DNA from: Balanoglossus misakiensis
Taxonomy: Eukaryota > Animalia > Hemichordata
DNA: 64,000 nt
Direction of reading: 5' to 3'
NCBI GenBank assembly: GCA_040954595.2
Contig: CM082591.2
Coordinates: 8,932,759-8,996,758, forward strand
The first letter of the stretch is position 1. The number at the start of each line of letters is the position of its first letter. The position numbers were made by a program, and so were the translations under genes. Shown here piece by piece: positions 27,896 through 39,404 of this stretch. Under the pieces are notes generated by a model that saw only the letters and a program-made list of their open reading frames with translations, was not told the DNA's origin and did no database searches.

Positions 27896-28743
27896 GCTAA
27901 AACGATGAAGTAGAGGTAAATGAAGGAAAGCAGCGTATCACCAGATCAGATTGTAATCAGATTGATGAGTAGGGTGATGTAGGGAATGATTAGACAACAC
28001 AACATACTGTGTTCTGTGCCGACTATACTCTTTATTTGTGTCTGACTGACTTTTCGATGGGAGTAAAACATGTACAGTTTATGTAAGAAAGTATAAAATG
28101 AGAAAAATCCTTTCAATAGAAACAGTGGTGAAAAGAAAGACAAATATCATACTAAAATATTGGCAGCATTTATCGTAATGAGAATGATTTGTCAGTTTTG
28201 TAAATGCAAATGTTTCCACTTCTATTCAATCAAGTATTGTATAAGTAAGATTAGCATTCTTGATAAATATGTTATTCCTTTTTTTTCATTTTAGTAACGC
28301 AAGACAATCCCTATAAAGTAACGCCATCACTGTCATTCTGGTCCCCCTGGATAGCTGCATGCTCCAGAGGAAGCCAAATTTACAACACAGAATACAAGAA
28401 GTGCCCTGGGCCCTCCACATCTACACATGAGGAAGACTTGGATGATGAGAAAGAACTGACAGAAGAGCTGTTGCTAGAGTTGCTCTGTGAATCAAAGGTA
28501 TCACATTGAAGTGAAAGAATTGCCATAGTTCAGTGTTTTCATTGCACTTGATTTCTTTTAATGTACACATGCCTCAGGCCTAAAAAGCATGAGTTTAATT
28601 TTATTTTTGATTTCTGTATCCATCTACCGGTATGTCTCTCTGTCACCATCACTGCTTTGCTCCACCACTGTACTGTTAGCACGCTGAATGAAGTCAATCT
28701 GGAGTAAAAATGGATGATATAATAGTACTTACTTACGCGTTAA

Positions 28744-28929
28744 AGGTATACAGTCACCTACAATTTATATACGCCCATATATGGCTGAAATTGCCTTTTT
28801 GAGGGTTCTAAAGAATGTATGGTGGCGCTCTTTTTTCTGCGTGTGCCACCCACTGAAAATCTGTGATTGGCTAGATCTCAAGTTTACCATAGTAACTTGA
28901 GCTAAATTTCCATAGGTGACCGTATACCT
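28744..28929. mobile_element. Kolobok-type MITE (186 bp)
   Basis: TTAA|AGGTATACAGTCACCT ... AGGTGACCGTATACCT|TTAA. Confidence 0.85.
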
Positions 28930-29451
28930 TTAATAGGACCATAACCCTAAACATAAGCACACTAATGGTAACAATATGAGTCTCCCTGAAGGGCTGTGCA
29001 TCTATTAATTCCTACATTTAATTCACAAATCATTTTGTTCAACAATATATGGGCCGTTCTATCTATGTCATGCCCTGGAGAGACTCTATTTTATGAATGA
29101 GCACTTACCTGTTCACTAAAATTTGAACAGACCGGTGTTATTCAAAAGTTTGCAAAATAACAATGTACTTCTCAACTCAATTAATTTCTCATCGGCTAGC
29201 CAGTAAATGATACTGCTTTTAGCTGTTTCAACAGGATTAAGGAATGGACAGTAATGCAAATGTTCAATATAATTTATGAATAAACTGAAATGTGTATTAA
29301 CTTATGTTCTTGTTCTGCTACCTCAAGAATGCTGTCTGTTCACAGTAAGTAGTGTTGTTATATTAGTGTAAACTTAGATTTTGCTTTTAAAACAAATGCA
29401 CTTGAGAGTAGGACAGTCTCCATGATTTCCAAGATCCAACCGATGCAAATG

Positions 29452-30603
29452 ATACTTTTTGGGCAAAAACTTGCCAAAAAGGCACTTTTATCTTGAACAC
29501 ATCAATAACACTGCCTTTTGGGATTTTTTTCACATAGAGTGGGCGTATAATACATTATCGGATCTCCGAAAGTGAAGAAAATATAAACGATTTGAGTGCT
29601 TCTAGAAATGACGTTTTTGGACAAAAAGTGTCAAAAATGGCAATTTTGTCTTGAGTATGGTTATTAAGACTGCCATTTCTGGAATCAGCACCATTTTTTA
29701 CATAAAATGAACATTTTATATATCACATGATCTCTAAACTTTATGAAGAAAAGTTTGTTTTTATTTTTTTTTCTAATAATGGCCTTTTAGCCAAAAACTT
29801 GCAAAAAAGCCATTTTTGCATTATGCAGGGTCAATAAATCTGCTTTTTTGGAATAGTCGCCAAATTTTGCATAGGGTGAGCATATACATGTAATACATTA
29901 TCAGATCTCCGAAAGTGAATAAAACATATAAGTTTTGAGTGTTTTCTAAAAAGGACGTTGTGGGGTAAACAGTGGCAAAAATGGCATTTTTTCATTGAGT
30001 AGGGTCAATAAGATTGCTATTTCTGGAATCGGCACCATTTTTTTTACATAGAACGAATATTTTATATATCAAATGATATCTGAATATGAAGTTTTTTTGT
30101 AAAAATGACCTTTTTTGACCTCAAAAAGTGGCAAAAATGGCATTTTTGTATTGATTGAGGTCAAGAAGACTGCTTTATTTTTTTTAAGTCACCACTTTTA
30201 ACATAGAATTGACTTTCCATATGTCACCAGATAAATCATTATGAAGAAAACCGTGTGTTTTAATTTTTTTCTGAAAATGACGTTTTTTGGGGCAAAAAAT
30301 GGTTAAAAAGGCAATTTTGTGTTGTTTTGGGTCAATTGAACTACTTTTATCGTAATATTCACCAAATTTTACATAGAATAAGCATATCATATGTCATCAG
30401 ATCTCAGAATGTGACGAAAACAAAGTGTTTTTAGTGTTTTCTGAAAATGACCTGTTTTGGGTTAAAAATGGCCAAAATGGCAATTTTGTCTTGAGTGGGG
30501 TCAATAAGACTGACTTTTTTGGAATCAGCACCATTTGTTACATAGTATGGACTTCTCAAACCTTCCTTACCAAAAATTCTGATTAACGGCACCTATCTCC
30601 TAG
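29452..30603. mobile_element. Foldback family, copy 4 (right arm only)
   Basis: Very similar to the right arm of copy 3 and ends in TTAACGGCACCTATCTCCTAG. The left arm and core are absent. Confidence 0.85.
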
Positions 30604-30707
30604 CGTAGTAAGAACACCAAGTTCAACTATTATTACTAATATCTAAATATAGTGTACAGTTCATGGGTCTATAAAGACTGTGACAGCGTTTTACTATTAC
30701 ATTTCAG

Positions 30708-32430
30708 GTAAACCGGAGACCATGTCAGACTGTTTGAAGGCTTTGTTTACCATCTATTTATTCTGCCACAAAATCAAGGTATTAAAGGCTGATGGTGTAG
30801 ATTTTTCTAAAGCATCTTTATGTCCTTGAATCCCATACTGGAATTGTAGAACATGCTAGAGAGGACCACTGTCATGTGCTGGAGAGAATAGCTTCCTGTG
30901 TCCGTGCTGGTACGATACCCAACATTGATGTCAGAAAATTTGTTGAAACACTCCAGGTGTGTAAATATATGTACATTCATTTTCTTTAATAAACATTGAC
31001 AAACTCATGTAACTTGAATCTTGCACTTTGTGACAGACCTTCTCTGTGATGCAATGCATGTCAAATGCAATGACCCATTTTGTTGTTTAAGGCAATTATC
31101 ATATTTCCATTCAGTGGGGTTGGCCATAAGCAGTGAATAAAACTTAAAAGGGAGAATTACTAATTTTGACATTTTCATTTGTTTCCTAATATTTTCAAAA
31201 TCCTTTATGCAATGCAGTAACCGCACTTTGAATACAGAACAAACAAATAATACACTGGAACTGCACATTTTTGTTTAACTACTCAGAAATTAAATCCTGT
31301 GTCTATTTTGTGATAGGACTTACATACATGGGTATGAAGAAGAAGGCAGATTTGTCAAACTTGTCAGCAACTGGCACAAAGCAGCAGATGGCAGAGGGAT
31401 TACTAAAGAAGAAAGGAGGAAGTTCAAAAAAGATATGTTGAACTCCATCTTGGATGACTGGATGCCCTGGCATCATTACAATCCTGATTACAGTACTATT
31501 GATCCCCTTAGGTATGTCAAAAAGCCAGCAAGTCAATAATGACCGTCTTTTATTCTGCAAATATCCTCTCTTTTCTAAACAGGTCGGATATTCTGTGCTG
31601 GTTTCATAGTCCTCGTTACCAAACTGTTACTGGGTTGATATTTCAGAGAAGTGCTTTTGCTTGCATAAATGCCTAGTGGTTGATAACTACATGTAATTCT
31701 TTACAGACCAATCAAGGGTTTATGTGGGTTGACGAGATTATAGTTGCTTTGATTGCCAACATTGAAAGTGCAGAATGGAGACGTAGTCAAGGAGGGCTGC
31801 CAGAACATCCTAAAGCTAGTACGACAGATGATGTGGAGGGATTTATTTCTCTCATTCATTCAATGCTGGGTCCAGTCTTTTGACCGCAAGACTTTCCGTG
31901 ATAATTACAAGTAAGCAATTACCTAAATTAGTGATATATGTTGACCAGTCATCAGTCACAATGCCGACCTGAACACATCATATTACTGGCTATAATGAAT
32001 ATAATTACCAAAAAACACATTCATATGCAAATGACTGGTGCCATGACGGTTATGTCCAACTATCACAAAACTTGTCACATTACTGCTCAGGGCACTGTAT
32101 ACTATCATTACATTCATTTATGACAGGAGGTCATTTTAATGCACTCTCCTATACATATTATTTTTCCAGAAAAATATGCAATGAATTTACGAAAACAGTG
32201 GACCCAGATTTACCATAGTACTACTGGACCGTGAGTGATACACGCTTCAACTTAGGACCATTGCCTTCATTCAACCATCCCTCAGGTGAAGTGGAAAGGC
32301 TTGATAGAGTCCAGATTCGAAGGAGAGCCGATCCTGCTGTTTGTCATGCCAACAGGGCATCAGTGCCACAAAGAGGGTCGCTAACAGTGCGGGCACAATT
32401 TTTTCTGGCCCCAGAATGTCTACCCCCAAT
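30708..32430 (+). pseudogene. 3' half of a multi-exon P/THAP9-like DDE transposase (decayed)
   Basis: Exons ~30708-30956, 31318-~31512, 31708-31910 and 32170-~32430. EDHCHVLERIA fits a DxxH motif and PEHPKASTTDDVEGFIS resembles QDxLExFFS. Other motifs are GLTY..GYEEEGRFVKLVSNWHKAADGRG, WMPWH and DPDLP.YYW. Frameshifts and stops are present. Confidence 0.55.
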
Positions 32431-32859
32431 TGTGGCTGCCTTATATAGGTTTTCACTTTGCGCTAGGGGGTCAAATCACATTGCATTCTGGTCGAAAAGT
32501 CGACAACCCACTGTAGTAAGATATAGAAGAAATGATATGTATACTGTATTTCATGACTTCCTTGGGTCAAACATGTCTGTCTTTGTAGTTACCATATTAA
32601 ACCAGTCCATCTCCGGTTTAAGGTCGGATGTCAAATTCGCTGTGCGGAAAAATAGTAGCGTATTTCTTGACTTTCACTTAGTTTTCGCGATCAATATGGT
32701 AACATTTGTGTTATTACTGTTACGGACACTACTACTCGGTTAAATTTTGGACCTTAATTGTCATTTTGGACCGGATTCAAGTGGATTCTCTGATTCGACA
32801 TGATGTGACGCGACAACTATACGGGAGCCATCTTGGAATTCGACAACTTTCGATTGAAC

Positions 32860-33810
32860 ATGCCGAAGTCAAAGGATGTAAACGTTGCCAAACCAAGGTC
32901 AAATTCGACATCAAGAACAGCAAAACAAACTACCGATAAACAACCTGACCAAGAAGTTTGGGTCTGCTCTGTATGTGAGGTAAAGTTTTCTGACGACAAT
33001 GGGGAAATCGTACAATGTGAGTACTGTATGAAATATTTCTGCCGTGAGTGCCTACAACTTTCTATTGCTGACTACGAGACTTTTAAGAACCCAGTCTTAC
33101 ATTGGTTCTGCAGTCACTGTGAAGAAAAAGTGATGAAAAATATTAGAACAGATAGTGAAGTTGAGGCTCGCTGTGAAGCATTCTTGAAGTCGGTAGAAGA
33201 TAGAATTGCCAAGTTAGAGGCCAACATGATGACCAAAGTTGATGAAAGTCAAGTCAGAGATGTTGTAAAGGAGTATGTGGACAAACTGTCGCCCAACCCA
33301 AAGCTACAAGACATTGAAGAGTCAGTAAATAAGAAGGTGCAGGAAATGAGAGAAAGTTCAGACAGAGAGATGAATATGATAATCTACGGTGTTGAAGAAC
33401 AGGACAACTTAGACCCTTCTGCAAGAAAAGAAGCAGATACCACTACTGTATGTGAATTGGCTGATAAGATAGGTGCAGACAGTACCCAGATATCAAATGT
33501 TGTTAGAATTGGTAAATTCAACCACGAGCCTGCTAAAGAGTCCAGACCCAGACCCATAAAAGTAACTTTAACCAGTGTTTCATACAAGAAAAACTTCATG
33601 AAATGTCTCCCTAAGTTACGTGACATCCCCGCAAGCAGCCCATTAAAGAAGATATCTGTCACCCACGATATGACTCGCGAGGAACGTGAAATAAACAAAA
33701 AACTTCAGTTGGAAGCTAAGATGAAGAACGAAGAGTCATCGGGGGACTTCCGGTATCTCGTGAGAGGGCCACCTTGGGGAAGGAAAATAATAAAGGTCAA
33801 GCTAAAGTAA
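32860..33810 (+). CDS. LINE ORF1p: PHD finger, coiled coil, RRM-like region
   Basis: CSVC..IVQCEYC..FCREC..WFCSHC, NMIIYGVEE, RIG..RPRPIKV and ISVTHDMT.EER. ATG at 32860. Confidence 0.9.
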   Translation: MPKSKDVNVAKPRSNSTSRTAKQTTDKQPDQEVWVCSVCEVKFSDDNGEIVQCEYCMKYFCRECLQLSIADYETFKNPVLHWFCSHCEEKVMKNIRTDSEVEARCEAFLKSVEDRIAKLEANMMTKVDESQVRDVVKEYVDKLSPNPKLQDIEESVNKKVQEMRESSDREMNMIIYGVEEQDNLDPSARKEADTTTVCELADKIGADSTQISNVVRIGKFNHEPAKESRPRPIKVTLTSVSYKKNFMKCLPKLRDIPASSPLKKISVTHDMTREEREINKKLQLEAKMKNEESSGDFRYLVRGPPWGRKIIKVKLK

Positions 33811-36767
33811 ACTATGTGAACCGTAATGGGAAACTTGTAAATAGTGTACAAAATGTATATAGTTCTAATGGACATAAGTTTTCATGTGTTTACACTAATG
33901 CTGATAGTCTACCCAATAAACTTGATGAATTGGTACAGAGATATGTTGAAAATACAGACACTCAACCAGACATCATTGCTGTTACAGAAGTTTTACCAAA
34001 GAACTTCCGTTATGAAATGAATGCATCAGAATTCAACATAGACGGGTATAATTTATTTCCAAACAATTTTCCGGATTGTGTTAAACGTGGGATTTTGATA
34101 TATGTCCACAAGCGCTTGAATGCTGAGCTGTTTGAAGTCGTAACTGATTTCAATGAGTGTGTATGGATTAGTATTAACCTACATGGCTTAGACAAGCTGT
34201 TAGTTGGATGTATTTATAGAAGCCCATCGTCTGATGACAACATGAGCAACTTATGTGATATGCTGAGATCAGTTTGCAGTAACACCAAGAGCTCTACCCG
34301 CCTACTTATTCTGGGGGATTTCAACTTACCTGATATTGATTGGGTGTCTTGGTCTGCAAGCAGCAATAAAAGTACCTTATTTCTAGAAGCTATACGTGAT
34401 TGTTACCTCCACCAGCTGGTTCAGGAACCTACTAGGACTCGTATCAACCAAGAGCCGTCCATCCTGGACCTAGTTATGATGAACGACGAAAACTACATTT
34501 CTGGCATAAATCATGACAGTCCACTTGGTTCTAGTGACCACTGTGTTTTAAGCTTTGAACTGTTGTGCCATGCAGATCAAGCCTCCACACCTACTACTCG
34601 TTACAGATATGGGAAAGCTGATTTTGTCAGTCTTCGGAGGGAGATGTCATTGGACTGGAATGAAGTATTTTTTAATAAGGACACTGAAGAAGCATACGCT
34701 GCTTTTATGTTAAAACTTAACAAGGCTGTGGAAAAATTTGTACCCAAGTCTAAGAGTTCTAACAAGTTGTATAAAGGTAATGGTCCACTTAATAAAAGCA
34801 CCATCAGATGTATCAAGCGGAAACACAGATTATGGAAAAGATACATGGAATCAAGAGACCCTGATACATATCGAGAATATTGTAAAGCAAGAAATAAACT
34901 TAAAAACACTGTGAAAAATGATAGGAGAGCAAGAGAAAGGACAATTGCCGACTCCAGTAAATCCAACTGCAAGCTATTCTGGCAATATGTTAACTCAAAG
35001 AGGTCAACCAAATCTGGAATCGCAGAGTTAGAGACTAATGACAACGGAAAAGTGATTGTTGGAAAAACAGATTCTGAGAAAGCTGACATGCTGGCAGATT
35101 TCTTTAGCAGTGTCTTCACTACAGAAACGGACCATACTCTACCATTCTTGAGAACTTATCATAAAGATAGTGTTTCATGTGATGACCCCTTCTCTCCCGC
35201 AGACGTGAGGAAAATTTTACTAAATCTGGATGTGTCCAAGTCTCCTGGGCCAGATGGTGTCCACCCAAGAGTTCTAAGGGAATTAGCTGACAAAATTGAC
35301 ATTCCTCTCTGTTTAATTTTCAACAAGTCATATTTCTCTGGAGTTGTACCCACTACCTGGAAAGAGGCACAGATAACTGCATTGTTTAAGAAAGGTAACA
35401 GAAAATCTCCATCCAATTATCGTCCCATTAGTCTGACCAGTATCATCTGCAAATGCATGGAAAAACTAATACGGAGTAAAATCGTATCTCACATGGACAC
35501 ACACAATCTCTTTAGTAAGAAGCAGTTTGGTTTCATTGGTGGAAGGTCGACATCACTACAATTATTGAAAGTTCTGGACCACTGGACCAAAATACTTGAT
35601 GATGGAGGTGTAATCAATGCAGTGTATATGGACTTCATGAAAGCCTTTGATAAGGTCCCCAACAACCGCCTCATCTATAAACTCTCAAGCTATAATATCA
35701 GTCCAATCACTTGCAACTGGGTTGAAACATTTTTAAGCAACCGTAAACAACGTGTGAGCGTAAATGGACAATTCTCTAGTTGGCACGATGTCTCCAGTGG
35801 TGTTCCTCAAGGCTCTGTCCTGGGACCTATTCTGTTTGTTGTGTATATCAATGATCTACCTGACTGTGTCCTATCAAATGTGTATCTCTTTGCTGATGAT
35901 ACTAAGATTTATCAAGAAGTCAACTCCACAGCAGACTGCGATGTGATCCAGAATGATCTACACCGACTATCTAACTGGAGTAATGATTGGTTGTTGAAAT
36001 TTCATCCTGACAAATGTAAAGTACTTTCTATTCATAGTAAACATAGTAATGCTACCTCAAATACATATACACTGACCCGTCAGGATGGTTCACCAGTCTC
36101 ACTTGAAAATGTCTCCCACGAAAAAGACATTGGTATCATTGTGGACAGTCAATTAAAATTCAATAAACACATCCAGACTCAAGTCAATAAAGCTAACAGG
36201 ATTGTTGGGCTTATCAGGAGAACCTTCAAGTTTCTTAACAACAATACATTTAAGCAGCTGTTTGTTGCACTAGTTAGACCTTATCTGGAATATGGCAGCA
36301 GCATATGGAATCCCTATTTAAAGAAAGACATTGACTCAATTGAAAATGTTCAACGTCGTGCAACGAAGTTACTTCCCGGTTTAAATCAACTATCATATAC
36401 TGAGCGTTTGGCGCGTTTGGATTTACCATCACTGGCTTTTCGAAGACTACGTGGAGACCTTATTGAAATGTTTAAAATAACGACAGGAATTTACGATAGA
36501 CGTGTTACTGATGGCCTATTTACTCTCAGTCATATGCAGCATACAAGAGGACATTGCTATAAAGTGAATAAAGTACATTGCAAGACAAGTACCAGGAGTA
36601 ACTTCTTCACAAATAGGATTATTGATGTGTGGAATAATATGCCGGAAGCCATTGTTTGTGCCCCAACTGTGAACTCCTTCAAGAACCGTATTGACAATTT
36701 CCTCAGTAATCAACCAATGAAATATGACTACTCCGTTGGATACATTCATAGACCCGGACTGGCATAA
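33774..36767 (+). CDS. LINE ORF2p: APE endonuclease + reverse transcriptase
   Basis: YTNA, VTE, IYRSP, GDFN, SDH; SPGPDG, NYRPISLTS, DFMKAFDKV, GVPQGSVLGP, FADD, LVRPYLEY, VQRRATK, TRGH. Uninterrupted 997 aa. Confidence 0.97.
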   Translation: MGKENNKGQAKVNYVNRNGKLVNSVQNVYSSNGHKFSCVYTNADSLPNKLDELVQRYVENTDTQPDIIAVTEVLPKNFRYEMNASEFNIDGYNLFPNNFPDCVKRGILIYVHKRLNAELFEVVTDFNECVWISINLHGLDKLLVGCIYRSPSSDDNMSNLCDMLRSVCSNTKSSTRLLILGDFNLPDIDWVSWSASSNKSTLFLEAIRDCYLHQLVQEPTRTRINQEPSILDLVMMNDENYISGINHDSPLGSSDHCVLSFELLCHADQASTPTTRYRYGKADFVSLRREMSLDWNEVFFNKDTEEAYAAFMLKLNKAVEKFVPKSKSSNKLYKGNGPLNKSTIRCIKRKHRLWKRYMESRDPDTYREYCKARNKLKNTVKNDRRARERTIADSSKSNCKLFWQYVNSKRSTKSGIAELETNDNGKVIVGKTDSEKADMLADFFSSVFTTETDHTLPFLRTYHKDSVSCDDPFSPADVRKILLNLDVSKSPGPDGVHPRVLRELADKIDIPLCLIFNKSYFSGVVPTTWKEAQITALFKKGNRKSPSNYRPISLTSIICKCMEKLIRSKIVSHMDTHNLFSKKQFGFIGGRSTSLQLLKVLDHWTKILDDGGVINAVYMDFMKAFDKVPNNRLIYKLSSYNISPITCNWVETFLSNRKQRVSVNGQFSSWHDVSSGVPQGSVLGPILFVVYINDLPDCVLSNVYLFADDTKIYQEVNSTADCDVIQNDLHRLSNWSNDWLLKFHPDKCKVLSIHSKHSNATSNTYTLTRQDGSPVSLENVSHEKDIGIIVDSQLKFNKHIQTQVNKANRIVGLIRRTFKFLNNNTFKQLFVALVRPYLEYGSSIWNPYLKKDIDSIENVQRRATKLLPGLNQLSYTERLARLDLPSLAFRRLRGDLIEMFKITTGIYDRRVTDGLFTLSHMQHTRGHCYKVNKVHCKTSTRSNFFTNRIIDVWNNMPEAIVCAPTVNSFKNRIDNFLSNQPMKYDYSVGYIHRPGLA

Positions 36768-38128
36768 CAATCCAAGATGAATATTTAGTTGAGCTTAGAG
36801 GCACTGTGAAGAGCCTGCGCTCAATACCTACCTAACCTAACCTAACCTAAACTCAATAAATATTTTTAACATTTGGTTATTTTTTATGTTAAAAAGTTTC
36901 AGAATGACCCATCATCACTTTAGCTTATGAACTCCTATTCCTTAAACATGGTAAAAATCGGCCATCTTGAAATTGTGTCGACCATGTGAGATTTTTATCA
37001 CCCATCTAGGCAGCCCAAAAACTATTTAAGGTCGGGAGAATTCCATGACCTGGGTGCATGTCCTTATTTAACAGAATCGCTCTGACCAAAGCAAAAAATT
37101 TCAGGTCATAATTTTTTCTATTTCAGATTATAATTTTTAGATATTGGTCTCATCAAAAACACCCCTAGACATCTTAGATGTTGTACCTTGGTGTTTTTAT
37201 GTTATATTGTAGTTGATGATCAATTTATTGTGTACTGTTATTTTTGAAAGAAAAATCAACATTCAGGATCAGTTGAAATGCTTTGACAATTTCTCCCTTT
37301 TTCTATTACATCCATATCCTGTCATGTGCTGACTCGACTGTAGTATTTTAAATGTGGCAAAATACATGAATGAACTGTTAAAATAAACGGTTTTACCATA
37401 TACTTTCCCCAGTTAATGGAAGCAAATATGTGTCACAATTTTAAACAGCATATTTTATAAATAAATGCCAGTACTAGTCAATGCTCTCTGGTCCATCATT
37501 GAGGCAGTAGTATCTAGCTGTCTCCTCCTGTCATGATAGTCTTTTTCCTGTCTCACTTTGATTTTCTTTTACAGTACAAAATTCCTTATAAGTTTCTGTA
37601 ACCCAATCTATAGAAGACTAATGGTTATTCTACACAGCGAACAAAGTGGCAATTTATGCTAATTATCCAAGCTACTGTTAAATGTTTACATGGTGTGTAA
37701 ATGGCAAGGTCTGGTTCACTGAGCTGTAGGTAACACACATGTAATGCTAGGCACCTCAACGAGCATTAATCATATAAAGTAAACTTCACACATTTTGTAT
37801 TTTGTTCAAATCATTTAATTAGGCAAAACCAAAATAATATATACATGTACATTTATAAGTTAAATTGATCCAGTATTGGAACCAAAATGGGTACAAAATA
37901 TATACACATAGTCGCATAATGATGACCCTCTTCTTGTCAAGTTGGCGGCATTGTAGGTGAGGGAAGGACAAATTTTTCATGAGTAGAACAAAATGTGTTC
38001 ACAAACCATTCACACAAGGTCTACTTTGTTAATGGACTGTAAATTTCCTTGAATGTGCCAAAATTAATTTGAAAATGCACCCTTTAAAAAAATTCCCAAC
38101 TCCTCCAGAAGTGTTTTTGAATTGAGTC

Positions 38129-38914
38129 TTAGAGCACTTTTTTATTTTTCATGAAAACAAATTCCTCCCACATGCTGTGTATTTTGGTTATAGTTATCTT
38201 CACGTAAAACCCAACTAACATCCATGGTGTCCTAAACCTGATGTGATCAACAGATACTGAAAGTTTGCTTTCCGTTAAGAGTTTGTGAACATATTTTGTT
38301 AATTCACTTGGTATAAAGCCAATATGTTGCCATCCATTGCCCACATCCAAGTCGACTGCAATTGCATTCTTGTCCAGTTTGTTTGTAAGATCTGGCCATA
38401 AGCATGCTTTAACAGGAAGCTTCTGATCATAGAGTCTAATGTAGCCACGCTCAAGAATTTCCTGTCTTCTCCTGTCATGACATACCCCTAACACCTTGAA
38501 TGGCACACTGTGTTTAATATTATTGGGATCATCTTCATCATCAATGTTATTAATTCTTCCTATACTAGCAGTGTCACTACTAACACTGGAAATAGACATT
38601 AACTCAAGAGAATCAGCTAGTGAATTTGTGTTGTCATTTACAATAGTCCACTTCCACAACATTAAAAAGGATCTACCATTGATATTAACAAGACAACAAT
38701 CACTCTTGGAACACTTTATCAGTGATGGCATGTTAAAAACATTGAGTCTTTCATCTGATAGTTTAATTACACCATGTGACATGTCAGCAAATGGAGAAGA
38801 CTGGGGTGCGATGATCTTCACAGTACGTAAACTAAGTGTAATAACAGGACAGCATGGCAATGTCCAATCCAAAGCGTCTTCCAGTCCCGTTACTTTGATT
38901 TCAAGATTCACAGA
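38129..38914 (-). CDS. HIRAN-domain-containing terminal exon
   Basis: HSVPFKVLGV..LWPDLTNKLDKNAIAV..WQHIGFIPSELT fits the HIRAN N..D.NA(I/V)...(I/L)G(Y/F)(I/V)P consensus. Acceptor TTTTTCAG ends at 38915, and the frame is open to the stop. Confidence 0.75.
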   Translation of the reverse strand, partial: SVNLEIKVTGLEDALDWTLPCCPVITLSLRTVKIIAPQSSPFADMSHGVIKLSDERLNVFNMPSLIKCSKSDCCLVNINGRSFLMLWKWTIVNDNTNSLADSLELMSISSVSSDTASIGRINNIDDEDDPNNIKHSVPFKVLGVCHDRRRQEILERGYIRLYDQKLPVKACLWPDLTNKLDKNAIAVDLDVGNGWQHIGFIPSELTKYVHKLLTESKLSVSVDHIRFRTPWMLVGFYVKITITKIHSMWEEFVFMKNKKVL

Positions 38915-39404
38915 CTGAAAAAGAGTGTACATAATACATGCTGTATTAAGTCTACACTACATGTAACTTTGGGCTATTTAATTGTCCCTTTCTGTTCAGT
39001 ATATCAACTGTAGTTTCTTGTTCAACACTCCACAATAGAAAGAAAGACAAAGTAGCTAGCAAATATGTGTGAAATTTACAAAGTCAAAAACTTCCTGTAT
39101 TAATTGATCAATAGACAAAATATGGCTGACTCTATTACAAATGCATGTGAGGTATGACCATGAGGTATGACCAAGAATAAGGTAACATCTAATGCAAGAT
39201 GAGAGGTGGACTAGCATTCATCAAAGTGTTTACATGATTATAATGACTCATTTTTCAATGCTGAATAAAATATCCAAATTATCTGACCTTTTATCTTACC
39301 TCTGTAAATATGGACGAAGGGTTGTAGTTATTAATGACAGATAAATCATTAACTGAATTATTCCCAACAGGGAATACAATATAACTCAGAAAATACTAGT
39401 ACAT

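Larger units (their letters stand above)
32610..36850 (+). mobile_element. Full-length CR1-clade LINE retrotransposon (5' boundary approximate)
   Basis: Two intact ORFs, a short 3' UTR with stem-loop TTGAGC..AGGC..GCCT..GCTCAA (36789-36824), and an (ACCTA)n tail ending at 36850. Confidence 0.92.

Noticed and set aside
36826-36850. (CCTAA)n as an arthropod-type telomere or telomere-targeting LINE
   Set aside because: Only about five units directly follow the 3' stem-loop, which is the usual short-repeat tail of CR1 elements.
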